Shown: piece by piece, positions 12,727-24,739 of the stretch
Numbering within the stretch: the stretch's first letter is position 1
Layout: each line of letters opens with the position of its first letter
From: Squalus acanthias
Taxonomy: Eukaryota
NCBI GenBank assembly: GCA_030390025.1
Contig: CM059433.1
Span: 15,316,001-15,380,000, forward strand
DNA: 64,000 bases
Direction of reading: 5' to 3'
Notes under the pieces: model-generated
What the model was told of the DNA's origin: nothing
Databases searched by the model: none
What the model saw: the letters and a program-made list of their open reading frames with translations, nothing else
Translations under genes and position numbers: made by a program

Positions 12727-14814
12727 GGGGGCATGGCAGAGTTGGTGCAAGTGGCAGAAGTCCCATCACGAATCTCCTCTGGCAGCAATCTTCTTTGTAC
12801 TGAAAAGGTCTCTCATCACATAAGCCCGAATAATTGTCCCATTTTTGAATAGTCAAAATTTAAATGTGATTCTAATGTTTGAATTTGTCCAAAAACCTCT
12901 CCTTCATAAGTAATAGGGGAGCACGTTGACCTCAGACTGTAGTTTTATTTTTGGATCAATTGGAACTTATCAAACTCGGTTTCGGCTCTTAACAACTTGC
13001 TGAGCTATTGTTAACAGTACAGGTGATGACTTCTCCATCTCCAGGTTACGTGGGTTTAGACAAACAGGAACTGTCCACCTCGTAAGCAAGTCAAACTGAG
13101 CTGCTTAAAGCATATTTGTGACGTGCTTGATTGAAGTAACCAATAAAGAAAGAAAAGAATGGATTTATATAGCGCCTTTCACGACCTCAGGACGTCAATG
13201 GAGGTGAACTTGAATTTTTGGCTACATTCTTACTGAACTCACATTTAAAAAGTAACATAATAGAAAATATATGAAGACTACAACTGACAGTGATATATAT
13301 ATCAATGAAATACTTTTAAAAATTGCGGCATCTGCAATTTATTTTGACACTTATGACTGGCGCCGCTAATGAGAGCAATATTTTCAGCAATCCTTTAGGC
13401 TTGTAGTATTGTGGTTTCATTTATTTATTTGACGAGGGGTTGATAAGAATGACATGAAATACTGAAGCACATCCCGTGGTTGCGTTCTGCCAGATTTGCT
13501 CGCATCAAGTGTTTCCAGCTGGCGGGATATTGTTATGAGATAGGTGATGTTTCAATAAGCTTTCTTAGAAAATAAATTTAGATTACAAAATAAATTCCTC
13601 ATTTCTTGGATGCTCTTAAATTTTCGCAATGCATAGAAGGTAAAATATCGGCGTGTGGATTTAATTGGTTATGAATGACTGAATGCCTCTTGTGAAACAA
13701 TGGCTTGCTTTTTATTAATTGAAAGTTCTGACTATGTTGCCAAAATTGCGACTGGGTATTTCATGAGTCAATGCCAGTACGAGCAGAAGGATTATGGAAT
13801 CCATAGACTCCGGACCACTGGTTTACAGTGATTGAATAAGTCAAATTCTGGGATTTTAAAGTTTTGGGGATTGCATTTTGTGATTTCATCCACTTTTCTA
13901 CAATAAGCACAAATCAATCGCCTTGTTTATAATTCATATTAAAGTTACCATGATAAACAAAGTATTAAATATAAATAGGAACCAGAGACTCATTAAAGTC
14001 TATCTAATTCTGTAATAGGAAAAGTGAGCTGCAACAATGATATGCAGAAAGTACTTGAAAAAGAACTTGCATTTATATAGTGCCTTATTATGTCTCTCAG
14101 AAATATCCCAAAGCACTTTAAACACTTCATTATGCGTGAAGTGCTTTGAGCTATTTGTGAAAGATTATTCAAGTGACTTTGAAATGCAGTCACTGTTGTT
14201 ATTCAGACAAACATGACAGCCATTTTGCAAATACCAAGTTCCCAGGAACAGCATTATGCCAAATGATCAGTTAAACTATTTTTGGGATCTTTAATGTCCA
14301 CCTCAACCACAGGAACAGGCAAAGAGAGCCTTCCTTTAATTCCTGATTCAATATAAATTATGGTTTTAAAGCAAAGAACGATTTTCACGTTGTGTCTAAA
14401 TTACTCATATGAATGGTATTTTGGGGTAGAAATTCATTATAACCCAGGAATAGGCAGTAACTTCTGAAAAGTTTGAGAATTAGCGGCAGGCGCTTATGCT
14501 TCAGACTGCATGCAAAATTCAGTCTCATTGCACAAAGAAAGGTTTGGAGCGTTAAATCAAGTACTAATGGCCCAGTTTAGTTGCATTAAACTCGAAGCAC
14601 TGACCAATATCAGGTGCAGTCTAATCACAAGTCATCATTGCCACAGGGTCTTTCTAGTTCTTAAAGGGGAGGTTCATTGATGCTGCAGAACTTCATTCTC
14701 ATCGTTGCTGGTTGTGCAGCCGTAATGATGGCAGGTCCACGCCCCAGGGAGAGAGCAAATTATGGGCCACTGCTCCAGTTATATGGAATTACCATGCAGA
14801 TGGTGAATATAGGT

Positions 14815-15108
14815 GTTAGCCTTGGCCCAGTGGTAGCACTCTAACCTCACTCCAGGGGCTTGAGCACACAAACTAAGCTGATACTGCAATGCAATACTGA
14901 AGGAGTGCTGCACTGACAGAGGTGCCACCTTTTGAATGTGATGTTAAATTGAGGCTCTGCCTGCTCTCTCAGGTGGATCTAAAAGGTCACAAGACACTAT
15001 TCAGAGAAGAGCAGGGCCATTCTCCCAGTGTCCTGGCTAACATTTATCCCTCAATCAACACCTAAAACGGATTGTCTGCTCATTTATTTCATTGCTGTTT
15101 GTGGGAGG
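14815..15108 (+). mobile_element. tRNA-derived Deu-domain SINE fragment (SacSINE1-like)
   Basis: Similar to 17700-18155 (tggcccagtggtagcactct...ggagtgctgcactgacagaggtgcc...atttatccctcaa). Confidence 0.75.
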
Positions 15109-15165
15109 CACATCACCCAAACACATTGCTCCACACTCACCCACACACTTTCCTTTCTGTTGCAG

Positions 15166-16552
15166 GCCAAGGTGGCTCACAACAGGAAGGACCAGGAGTG
15201 CACAGGCGGGGGACCAGCCAACACCCAACCACTGTCTGCGCTGGAGAATAGAGTGCTGCAGATTATTGGGCGCCAGGTGGTGGGCGCTGTGGCCACCGGC
15301 AACCTTGATTCCCTTGGGGACAACAATGGTATGTTCATCCCTACTCCTTCTCACATCCCACATCCCCCTCAACCCACAAGCGTTTCGCACTTTCCAGCCA
15401 ATCATGCTGTATGCATGCATTTCTCCATTCCTGCCCCCCTCCCCTCACCTTATGACTCTTGTGCCTTTATGCTTTCAGATAATGAGCAAGCACCTGAGCA
15501 GCCTGTCCCTGAGGGCACCATAGAGAGCGAGGCGGGAGAAGAGGAGGAGGAAGAACACACCGCATCACTGCATGTCTCACCTGCAGGCACCAGTTCAGAT
15601 ACTGGCACTACACGTTCTTTAGAAGCTAGTATAGTAGGCACCAGGGACGAGTGGGCTGCAGCAAGGCCAGGGGGAAAGGGTAGCTCGGGGATCAGCTCCC
15701 CGGAGAGCGAGTTCATGCGTGAGTTCTGCTGCACAGGACTCAGATGAGGACCTCGATGGGGAGGCCTTTAGCAGAAGGGTGATGAGCATGCACGTGGAGA
15801 TCATAGGTGCAATGGCAAACGTGCTTGAGAACCTGTCGGCAATGATTAGGAGCGTCTCCAACATTGCACACACCATGGAGCCCATCATTTCCAGTCTGCA
15901 AAGGATAGTAGACTCCCAGAGAGACTGTGACGACCCAGACCTGATGCCGCGTGTGATGGGTGATCTGGCAGCTTCCATTGCAGCACAGGCGGAAGCGACG
16001 CAATGTCTTAGTGCTATAATGCAGTCTATGCTTGGTGGCATCCAATCTCAGACTGCTCTCATGCAGTCTCAGCTTGATGCCACGCAAGCTCTGACTGCTG
16101 CCATCGTGGCTGGGTCTACCACCATCGACCGGGTCTTTCACGATGTTGCAGCAGGCCAGCAATCTGTGCTCCACCTGATTGCAAGGGATGCTGAGGTGCT
16201 GCCCCGGGGGAGTGGCAGTGGGTCAGTGGAGCAGGAACCTGCTGTCCTCTCTCAGGATGACAGCATTCCTGCTCCCACCACTGCCACTCTGCCATTGCCC
16301 TTGTCGCTGCCTGTCATCCAGCCAGCCGAGACTGCTGCCATCCATGCTGAGGTGGTGCAGTCTACAGCCGGGCCTTCCAGACCCAGAGCTGGTCGAGGAC
16401 GCCCTGCAAGGCCATCTGAAGTCTCCCGCACGGACACTCAGCAGCCTTCCACCAGCCCTGCTGCAGCCATTGGGCCATCACTTCGTAGGAGCACTAGAGT
16501 AGGCAAAGGCACAGTAACGAGAGGCACTAACGGATTGCACAAGGGTGAATAG
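15166..16552 (+). pseudogene. Harbinger Myb/SANT partner gene remnant (exon 2 15166-15328, exon 3 15479-16552 with frameshift)
   Basis: ttgcag|GCCAAG acceptor; 163-nt exon ending G|gtatgt (same length and phase as exon 2 of the 56.6-kb element); tttcag|AT acceptor. C-terminus VLSQDDSIPA...AGPSRPRAGRGRP...LRRSTR is homologous to 58565-59431. Exon 1 mostly lost (start MAGPRPRERA near 14728). Confidence 0.85.
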
Positions 16553-16717
16553 TTAATATTTTTGTTGTAAATATGTGTTCACTGATTGTTGATAAATTTA
16601 TTAATTCAGTTTGGATTCTTTTCTGGTGTGTCGCATTTCAGCTTTGCGCTGTGATATGGCCTGCGACAGGGATGGAATGATGGGGATGTGGTGAGCAACG
16701 GGGATCTGGAGTTTAAT

Positions 16718-17500
16718 TCATTCGAACCGCAGGTCAATTGAGTGGCAGTCTCCTCCCTCTCTCCTGTCCCTCCTCCTCCTCATCCTCCTCCTCATCCTCC
16801 TCCTCGTCCTCCTTGTCTTTCTCCTCCTCCTCTCCCTCTTCCTCCTCCTGAGGTGGTCCCGCAGTCCCTGGTGACAGGGCTGGACCCTCATGATGGCCAA
16901 GTTGTGGAGCATGCAGCAGACCACTACGAAATGGGACACCCACTCAGCCAAGTACTGCAAGACTCCTCCCGAGTGGTCATGGCAGCGGAACCGTTGCATG
17001 AGCACCCCAATGGTCTGCTCAATGATGTTCCTGGTGGCAGCATGGCTCTCATTATATAAGTGCTGGGCAGGAATTTTGGGTTTGCGGAGGGGAGTCATGA
17101 GCCAGGTGGAGAGCGGAGAGCCCTTGTCTCTGAACAACCAGCCGCGAGCTTAACGTGGTGGCTGGAAGAGTGCTGGCACAGGATGAAGGCATCATTGCTG
17201 CTGACAGGATAGCGGGCATTCACATTGAGGATTTGCTGTGTGTGGTTGCACACCAACTGGACATTAAGTGAGTGGTAGCCTTTGCGGTTAGGGAAGATCT
17301 CAGGATTGTTATGCAGTGCCCACAAAGCCATGTGGGTGCAGTCAATGGCGCCCTGCACCATGGGGAATTCCGCTATCCTGGCAAAGCCACATGCTGCTTG
17401 TCCTGCTTCTCTCTGGTGATTGGGAAGTCAATGTAGTTCCTTCTTCTGCTGTAGAGAGCCTCAATGCCCTCCCGGATGCAGCGAACTGCGAGATGCTGGC
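16718..17500 (-). pseudogene. Harbinger DDE transposase remnant
   Basis: Fragments [58 protein letters not shown] in broken frames, followed by an acidic GAG-repeat tail. Confidence 0.9.
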
Positions 17501-17699
17501 GCTAATGAGAACCACTAAGGGGACAATTTTTCCCCCTCGTCTCTTATTGATCAACGTGATTACAGTGAAGAGGAGTTTTGTTAAATTTGATTCTCTCAAG
17601 AATTCTTCCCTGCATGAGTCATTACAGGGTCATGCAGAGGACCGACTCCTTCCTGAATCTTTTGTATACTTTTTGGGAATGTCTACAAGTACCTCCTGG

Positions 17700-18155
17700 T
17701 GTCAGCCTTGGCTCAGTAGTAGCAAGCTCACCTCTGAGTCAGAACGGTTGTGGGTTCAAGTCCCATTCCAGAGACTTGAGCACAAAATCCACGCTGACAC
17801 TCCAGTGCAGTACTGAGGGAGTGCTGCACTGTCAGAGGTGCCAACTTTTGGATGACACATTAAAGTCAGGCCCCGTCTGCCCTCTCAGGTGAACATAAAA
17901 GATCCCATGCACTATTTGGAAGAAGAGTGGGGGAGTTCTCCCCGGTGTCCTGGGGCCAATATTTATCCCTCAACCAACATCACTAAAACAGATTATCTTG
18001 TCATTATCACATTGCGGTTTATGGGAGCTTGCTGTGCGCAAATTGACAGTCACGTTTCCTACATTGCAACAGTGACTACACTTCATTGGTTGTAAAGCCC
18101 TTTGGAATGTCCTGAGGTCGTGAAAGGTACTATATAAAGTGCATTTCTTTCTTAA
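17700..18155 (+). mobile_element. Near-complete tRNA-derived Deu-domain SINE with L2-type tail (SacSINE1-like)
   Basis: A-box-like tggctcagtagtag, B-box ggttcaagtccc, conserved central domain, 3' end gtgaaaggtactatataaa...tttctttctt resembling the L2 tail. Confidence 0.8.
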
Positions 18156-18427
18156 TTTCTTCATGTCAGATAATTATGTCAAGTAACAGCCACAGTACCG
18201 AATAGAAAGTTTTTTGAGAATTATATTGTGGTACACTCTCAAGATAATTACAGAGGAGAAGGCCATTCAGCCCATCTTAATTTATCCATCCATAGAGATC
18301 CTATCCTCCCCCATTGTACCATCCAATTGTTTTTTAAATGATCGGAGACATTGATCGTGCTTTGAATGAAGAATTTCCTGAGACAAGTCCTGAAATTACT
18401 GTTTCACTAGTTTAACTCCATTCATTA

Positions 18428-20065
18428 TGTAGAATTCGCAATATATCGCGATTTTATTTTAATAAGGAGAAAACACAAAGTTTCGTTCAAACAGCTTTTA
18501 TTTCAGCAGAATGCTGCCAGGTTGTTCAAAGTGGACACAAGCAGCCTGTAAAATGGCCGCCGCACCTCGTGACAGAACATTCTAGACTTTTCAACAGGCA
18601 GACAAGATGGCGTTCCAATAAACATTTGTGCAAGATCGATTAAGATTCAGCACAGTGAAGATAATACACGAGACATTATGGGTTTGCAGTATACACATAA
18701 ATACTGAAATCGGTCTCCCAGGTACGAATGAAAGCTATTGTACCGAGTAATCAAGGGCCCATCCAATAGACATTAATATGTAAAATCCCAACGACTCTAC
18801 GATGAGAGAGCCGTTAGCAGGTAGTTATACAAAACACTTGGAAGCCCCACAACCCCTCCAGGGAGAACACCGACCGATTTAACAATGGGAGAAATATTAA
18901 CAGGTACTCAGACATTTACGAGTAGCCCCGAAACCCATTAAGAACGGAGATCACCCATACAAGACATTTGAGCGCCAGACCCTAACAAAAGAATGGACAT
19001 TAAGGTTGGGCGGGAAACGGAAGATTTTGCACTATAATTGCAGGCTCCAAACCGTCCATCTTTCTCTTATTATTCTCGTAACCTCGTGGCTGCTCCTGTG
19101 TACTCGTAGTCGGGCTCCTGCTTGCCTGGTGCCTCTTTGAAAAGGACTGTTGAACTTTCTGATCCGTTCGGATCTACCTCGTGTCGCGTAACGAAGACCT
19201 ATGTTGGTAACTGGCAGCGGAACCAAAGGCCCGAGATGAGATGAGATGAGATGAGATGAGATGAGAAGAGAGGAAGACCATATTCATCGCCACGGTCAGT
19301 AAATCCCGACCGCGCCTGTAGGTCGAATAGCCAAGTTTTCCTTGCCAGGGAGACTTCTTCGAACTTGCAAAGAACAATATCATCATCGATGATATTGACT
19401 AATCTGTGAACTGTGCTCGAAAGTACCTGTTAAACCAACCAACACAGGTCTTCATCACAGCAGACGGTCCAGCCTGCTAGCCGGAGCAGCAGAAGCAAGT
19501 AAACAAGTGGGACCAGGAGATCTCCTGACCGACACGTGGGTGCTGCGGTGAAAAACATCCGATCAGCTATTCGGAATTTCTCCGAGTTATCACGAGTGGT
19601 GAGCATGAGTCTCGAAATCGTACGAATCTAGTTAGGATAGATATTGATAGGGGAGGGTTTAAGTATTAAGGATACTTGTAATGTGTGCCCCTATTTACGG
19701 TGTGTCGTTCGTTCCTCGTTTCCCTAGGATCAGCTATATAACTGCTTGTAAGATTGTACTGTCATTAATCTGTGCTTATGACATGTATTTCATAATCTTA
19801 AATATCATGCAATAAAGATTTTCCATTTCGTACCATTCAACCGAGTCTACATGAGTTTCATCTCCATTACTGCTCTCGCATCTAAGTCCAGTGTCTAGAA
19901 CCGTAAGGGCGAGTGATTCGAACCACTCACAGGTGTGTCTAGTGTTCCCAGACTGGCTGGAGACCAGAACAGGCAACAAGGCCTAGACCCGCACTGACAT
20001 ACAGGCTGCACAGAGCCGCGTGAATCTCACAGACTGCGAGACACGCAGGGTCAGAATCCCTTACA
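18428..20065. mobile_element. Long solo LTR (1638 bp) of an LTR retrotransposon or endogenous retrovirus
   Basis: Begins TGTAGAATTC and ends GAATCCCTTACA. ATTA at 18424-18427 and 20066-20069. TATATAA at 19736, AATAAA on + at 19811 and on - near 18497. CpG-rich relative to the flanks. No gag/pol. Confidence 0.75.
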
Positions 20066-20516
20066 ATTAGTAAGCACAGTTCCACTTGTAAACAATCAGA
20101 TCGTCCCAGGACCGATGGAAAGGTACAGTGAACTATTATGGAACTGTTTCCCAGGGAAGATTTCCGCTGTACACAATGGGTAGCATAATCGTAAATGCAA
20201 GTTACAAATGCACTTCCACTTCAGTTGCATATAATGCTTGGAGGGATTTGCCTATTTTGTGCTTGCTGTTTATCTGGTGTCATCGGGAAACAAATAAAAG
20301 AACTTGCTTCATTAGTCAATGAAGCTGTAACACGGTTAATGATACTAAATATAGAGTCTCGGCTCATAATCACAGAATTCCCAGCAGGCGGCTAGAATGA
20401 GCCAGTGGCCTTCACTGACACTGTAAAAATGCAGTAATAACAAACGCACCATTTAGATCTATCTGCATTTCTACAAATGTAGGTTACGAACACTCTGCTT
20501 CTCCAGGCAGAGTTAC

Positions 20517-20675
20517 CTATGGCACTGATACTAAATTGACAGGCAGCTTCTGCTCGACTCGTACAGCCGCTCGATGCCTCTGTTGTCTCGGCTGCTCCAG
20601 CTGCTGCACTATAATCTGTGAAACACGGCTTGAGCTCATCTTGGTCTTCATGTTGCCCCTTCTCTTCATTTTGCT
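20517..20675 (-). CDS. Candidate host-gene cassette exon (159 nt, phase 1/1; alternative acceptor gives 99 nt from 20615)
   Basis: ttctaccacag|AG CAA AAT...GCC ATA G|gtaact. Open frame QNEEKGQHEDQDELKPCFTDYSAAAGAAETTEASSGCTSRAEAACQFSISAI. Sits in a repeat-free block. Gene not recognised. Confidence 0.4.
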   Translation of the reverse strand, partial: SKMKRRGNMKTKMSSSRVSQIIVQQLEQPRQQRHRAAVRVEQKLPVNLVSVP

Positions 20676-21416
20676 CTGTGGTAGAATTAAACCTTCAGCC
20701 AGTATAATTTACATAGTAATTTGTCGCAATGAGAAAGGCAAAACATGCTTGCCTCATCCTTTAATATTGTATTCAGAAGTAAAAATTGAACTCAGTGCAA
20801 AGAGCTCGCCTTTGCTCTTGCGGAAAATGGAAAATACAGCACAGCTCTGAATCTTGTGCAAACCAGGATTGCAGCAATAAATTTACACAAGAAAAGGCTT
20901 GACTGGGGTAAAATGAATTTCTGTATTTTTCACAAAAGCAAAAAAAAATCAACCCTCGGTGAGCTAGTATTTTTTAAAATTAAATATGAAAATTACAAAC
21001 ATATTGAATGAATAACAGGTGACTCGTGTTTTCGAAATGCCAGGCATTACTAACCTTAAAATATTTTTGCTGCACTGCTTATTTACTCGATACGCAGCAG
21101 TGTGCTGAATGAATAAAAACATTCAATTACTTCCATTGGTAAATCTTTCCAGGTTGCTTGCAACGTGACAAGAACAGATTAGCTCTGCTATCTCTGTATG
21201 ATGGCACGCACCCTGAGTTGGAGGTAATTTACTGCATGCTGTTCGTACGAAGAAAAGCTTTAACTGTGCAATGTATTGTGCAAGTCAGATTACCGTTATA
21301 AGAAAGCACTAATTTAAACATTTAAAAAAAACTATACTATCTGTTTTGCCTCTTGTCACCTATCAGCGTGAATAGCTAATTTTTTTAACAATAAGAACAT
21401 AAGAAATCGGAGCCCA

Positions 21417-22224
21417 AACATTTGGCAGATGGAGTATAATGTGGGAAAGTGCGAGGTTATCCACTTTGGCAGGAAAAAGAAAAAAGCAAATTATTATTTA
21501 AATGGAGAGTGATTACAAAATGCTACAGTTCAGAGGGACCTGGGGGGTCCTTGTGCATGAAACACAAAAAGTTAGCATGCAGGTACAGCAAGTAATCAAA
21601 AAGGCAAATGGAATGTTGGCCTTTATTGCAAGGGGGTTGGAGTATAAAAACAGGGAAGTCCTGCTACAACTGTACAGGGTATTGTTGAGACCACACCTTG
21701 AGTACTGCATACAGTTTTGGTCTCCTTATTTAAGGAAGGATATACTTGCATTGGAGGCAGTTCTGAGACGATTCACTAGGTTAATTCCAGAGATGAGGGG
21801 TTTGACTTATGAGGAAAGGTTGAGCAGGCTGAGCCTATACTCATTGGAATTTAGAAGAATGAGAGGTGATCTTATTGAAACATATAAGATACTGAGGGGG
21901 CTTGACAAGGTAGATGCAGAGAGGATGTTTCCCCTCATGGGGAAATCTAGAACTCGGGGGCACAGTTTCAGAATAAAGGGTCGCCCTTTTAGAACTGAGA
22001 TGAGGAGGAATTTCTTCTCTCAGAGGGTTGTAAATCTGTGGAATTCTCTGCCCCAGAGAGCTGTGGAGGCTGGATCATTAAATACATTTAAAGTGGAGAT
22101 AGACAGATTTTTGCAAGATAAGGGAGTGTATGGTTATGGGGAGCAGGCGGAGAAGTGGCTTTGAGCCCAAGATCAGCCAAGTGGCCTAATCCTGCTCCTA
22201 TTTCTTATGTTCTTATGTTCTTAT
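21417..22224 (+). mobile_element. CR1 LINE 3' fragment
   Basis: ORF 21502-22164 is the CR1 ORF2 C-terminus, followed by a (ttcttatg)n tail. Flanked by opposite-strand CR1 pieces at 21390-21415 and 22225-22393. Confidence 0.92.
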
Positions 22225-22936
22225 ACGACAGTCCCGCCATCCCAGGAATCAATCTCGTGAACCTTCGTTGCACTCCCTCTATGGCAAGTATATCCTTCCT
22301 TAGGTAAGGAGACCAAAATTGTACACAGTACTCCAGATGTGGTCTCACCAAGGCCCTATATAATTGGAGTAAGACTTCTTTACTCCTGTACTCAATGGCC
22401 AGAATTTGTCCTTAAGAATTTAGTGTGATTCCCTTTTATGGTTGTATATAGATTTGAATATGGATTGAAAATTTTCCTTATCAAAATTCTTTCAACTGGA
22501 AGGAAGTTCTCAATGTTCAGGAAACAGGCATTTTTCAGGTTTCGCATGCTGCATCTGGACTGAGAACAAGCCAAGGCAACTGACTTCAGAAGCACTCTGG
22601 AGATTGGAGTTCAGCCAATGTCAAAGCAAATTGTTCCTTACGAATAATTTGTATGTAAACCCAAGTTGTATGGAGATGTTTTCTGTCTCACTGAAACTAC
22701 TGGGAGAAAAAAAATTATAGTGAAAAACAAAGGTTGAGTAAAAGAGGTGGACAGGAAGGTGAACTTCCAGGAGCTGAGAAATCCTCAATTTGACTTCCAT
22801 GTGCCAAAAAAGTAGAGTTTTGCTCGAATGTTTCACCAGTACAACATTTTCATCATGTTTACTTACGCACACCATATCCAAAAGCCCCAGTTTGGTGACT
22901 TATAAGAGGGTGTGTCCAATCAAATGTAGGCACAAT

Positions 22937-23681
22937 GGCCCAGAAATTAAAGACGGAGCCTTCGTGTGGGGGTAAGGCTTCCCCGCGATATCTCACTGCG
23001 CGCCTGCCTTTTCATTCCGAGCTCGCACGAACTTGATTTTCTAGACAGCAGCTGTGCAGTGCTTCCGTATCCCACAGGCGCAGTTAATTCGTGCGAGCTG
23101 TGAGATCACGTGATTCAGTTAGAGCCAATGGCAGCACACCATCTTTCATTCATAGTTTTCACAGCAAGTGCTGTGAAAGCTATAAATCTATACCCCCTCA
23201 AAAGAACAGCTAAACCTCAATTAAATTAAAAAAAAAAACCATCACATTAATGAAATAAGTATAGTTTAATAAATTAACCACTTTAAACAAAAAATTAAAT
23301 TTTTGAAAAAATTTAAAACCTTTTAAAAAGTTATAAAAATAAACTTACCTTTCTTTAAAGTCTCTAAAAAAGATATACCTGTTGAAAAAAATTCAAAGTA
23401 ATACTTAATTAACTACTTACCTTGTTAAAAGAGGGTCTTACGCCTCCTTTCTTTATGTGCAAAATCTTCCATGCTTACCTGCGCGTTCAAAGCACTAAGT
23501 GCACTGCGTGCGTGCAGCCTGTAGCGCGCACTGCGGTTCACTTAGGAACCGCCCCCTTTTGAAATCACCAAGTGTCGGTTTTCAGCGCATGCGCAGTGCA
23601 TGCAGAAAACCGGCAATTGGAGACAGAATACGCGAGAGTACACAGTGCGTACTCTCGCGTAGAGACACTAATTTTTGGGCC
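22937..23681. mobile_element. Harbinger-type MITE (same family as 49580-50341)
   Basis: TIR GGCCCAGAAATTA / TAATTTTTGGGCC. Flanks AAT/ATT. GC-rich subtermini around an AT-rich core. Confidence 0.85.
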
Positions 23682-23926
23682 ATTGTGATTTCCTGATACC
23701 ACTTTCACCAGACACAGAGTCAAGACTGAATCACACAAGATTTAAGCATATGCTTCCTTGCCATTTCAGAAAATAACTTGGACTGGAATAGCTAAGGAGG
23801 CACATGAGGGAAAACACGCACCAACACATGGGGTGATTGATGGGGAAAAAACATATCCTGAGGAAAGGTTTTCTGAGCTACAATTTCTTTGTTACCATGG
23901 GGGCCTTTCAATTTCCTGGGGGCATT

Positions 23927-24460
23927 TAGAATCATACAGTACAGAAGGAGGCCATTCAACCCATCGTGCATGTGCCGGCTCTTTGAAAGAGCTTTCCAAT
24001 CAGCCCCACTCCCTTGCTTTTTCCTCATAGCCCTGCAATGTTTTCCTTTACACGTTTGTATACAATTTCTTTTTGAAAATTACTGTTGAATCTGCTTCCA
24101 CCCACCCTTTCAGGCAGTGCATTTCAGATCATAATAACTTGCTCTGCAGAAAATTTTTCCTCATCTCCCCTCTGGTTCTTTTGCCAATTATCTTAAATCT
24201 ATGTCCTCTGGTTACTGACCCTCCTGCCAGGGAAAACAGTTTCTCTTTATTTACCCTATCAAAACCTTCATCTTTTTGAATGCCTCCATTAAATCTTCCC
24301 TTAACCTTCTCTGCTCTAAGGAGAACAATCCCAGCTTATCTAATCTCCACATAACCGAAGTCCCTCATCCCTGGTATCATTCTGGTAAATCTCCTCTGCA
24401 GCCATATCCAAGGCTTTGACAGCCTTCTTCAAATGTGGTGCCCAGAATTGAACACAATTC
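23927..24460 (-). mobile_element. CR1 LINE 3' fragment
   Basis: tagaatcatacagtacagaaggaggccattc tail. Reverse complement similar to 2720-3250. Confidence 0.85.
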
Positions 24461-24739
24461 TCTAGGCCACTGATTTATAAAGGTTTTACTATACTTGTAG
24501 TACCATTGCACAAAGCAAATTGTATACAGGAAAAAACTAAAGCTGCAACGGGGAATTCTTTACACATTCCTATTATAAAGGGGAAAAAATTAAAACAGTT
24601 GTAATAAAGTCTCTGTATTAGCTGTAGTTGCAAAAGTACCAGTTGTGGTTGCACACACACACACACATTGAGAAATGCGATCTTAAGAAAAATCCAATGG
24701 TACATCAATTGCAAGAGGTTCTGCTCCTTTCACAGGCAG

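Larger units (their letters stand above)
14423..17500. mobile_element. Decayed Harbinger transposon, inverted relative to 56582-60724
   Basis: Left end GGGGTAGAAATTCA resembles the family TIR. Myb-partner gene remnant on +, transposase remnant on -. Right end not found. A SINE is inserted at about 14815-15108. Confidence 0.85.

Noticed and set aside
17700..17780. tRNA gene
   Set aside because: The A/B boxes belong to a SINE head; there is no full cloverleaf and the SINE body follows.
18428..20065. Ginger-type DNA transposon (also TG..CA with a 4-bp TSD)
   Set aside because: Terminal inverted identity is only about 4 bp and there is no integrase; LTR-like signals fit better.
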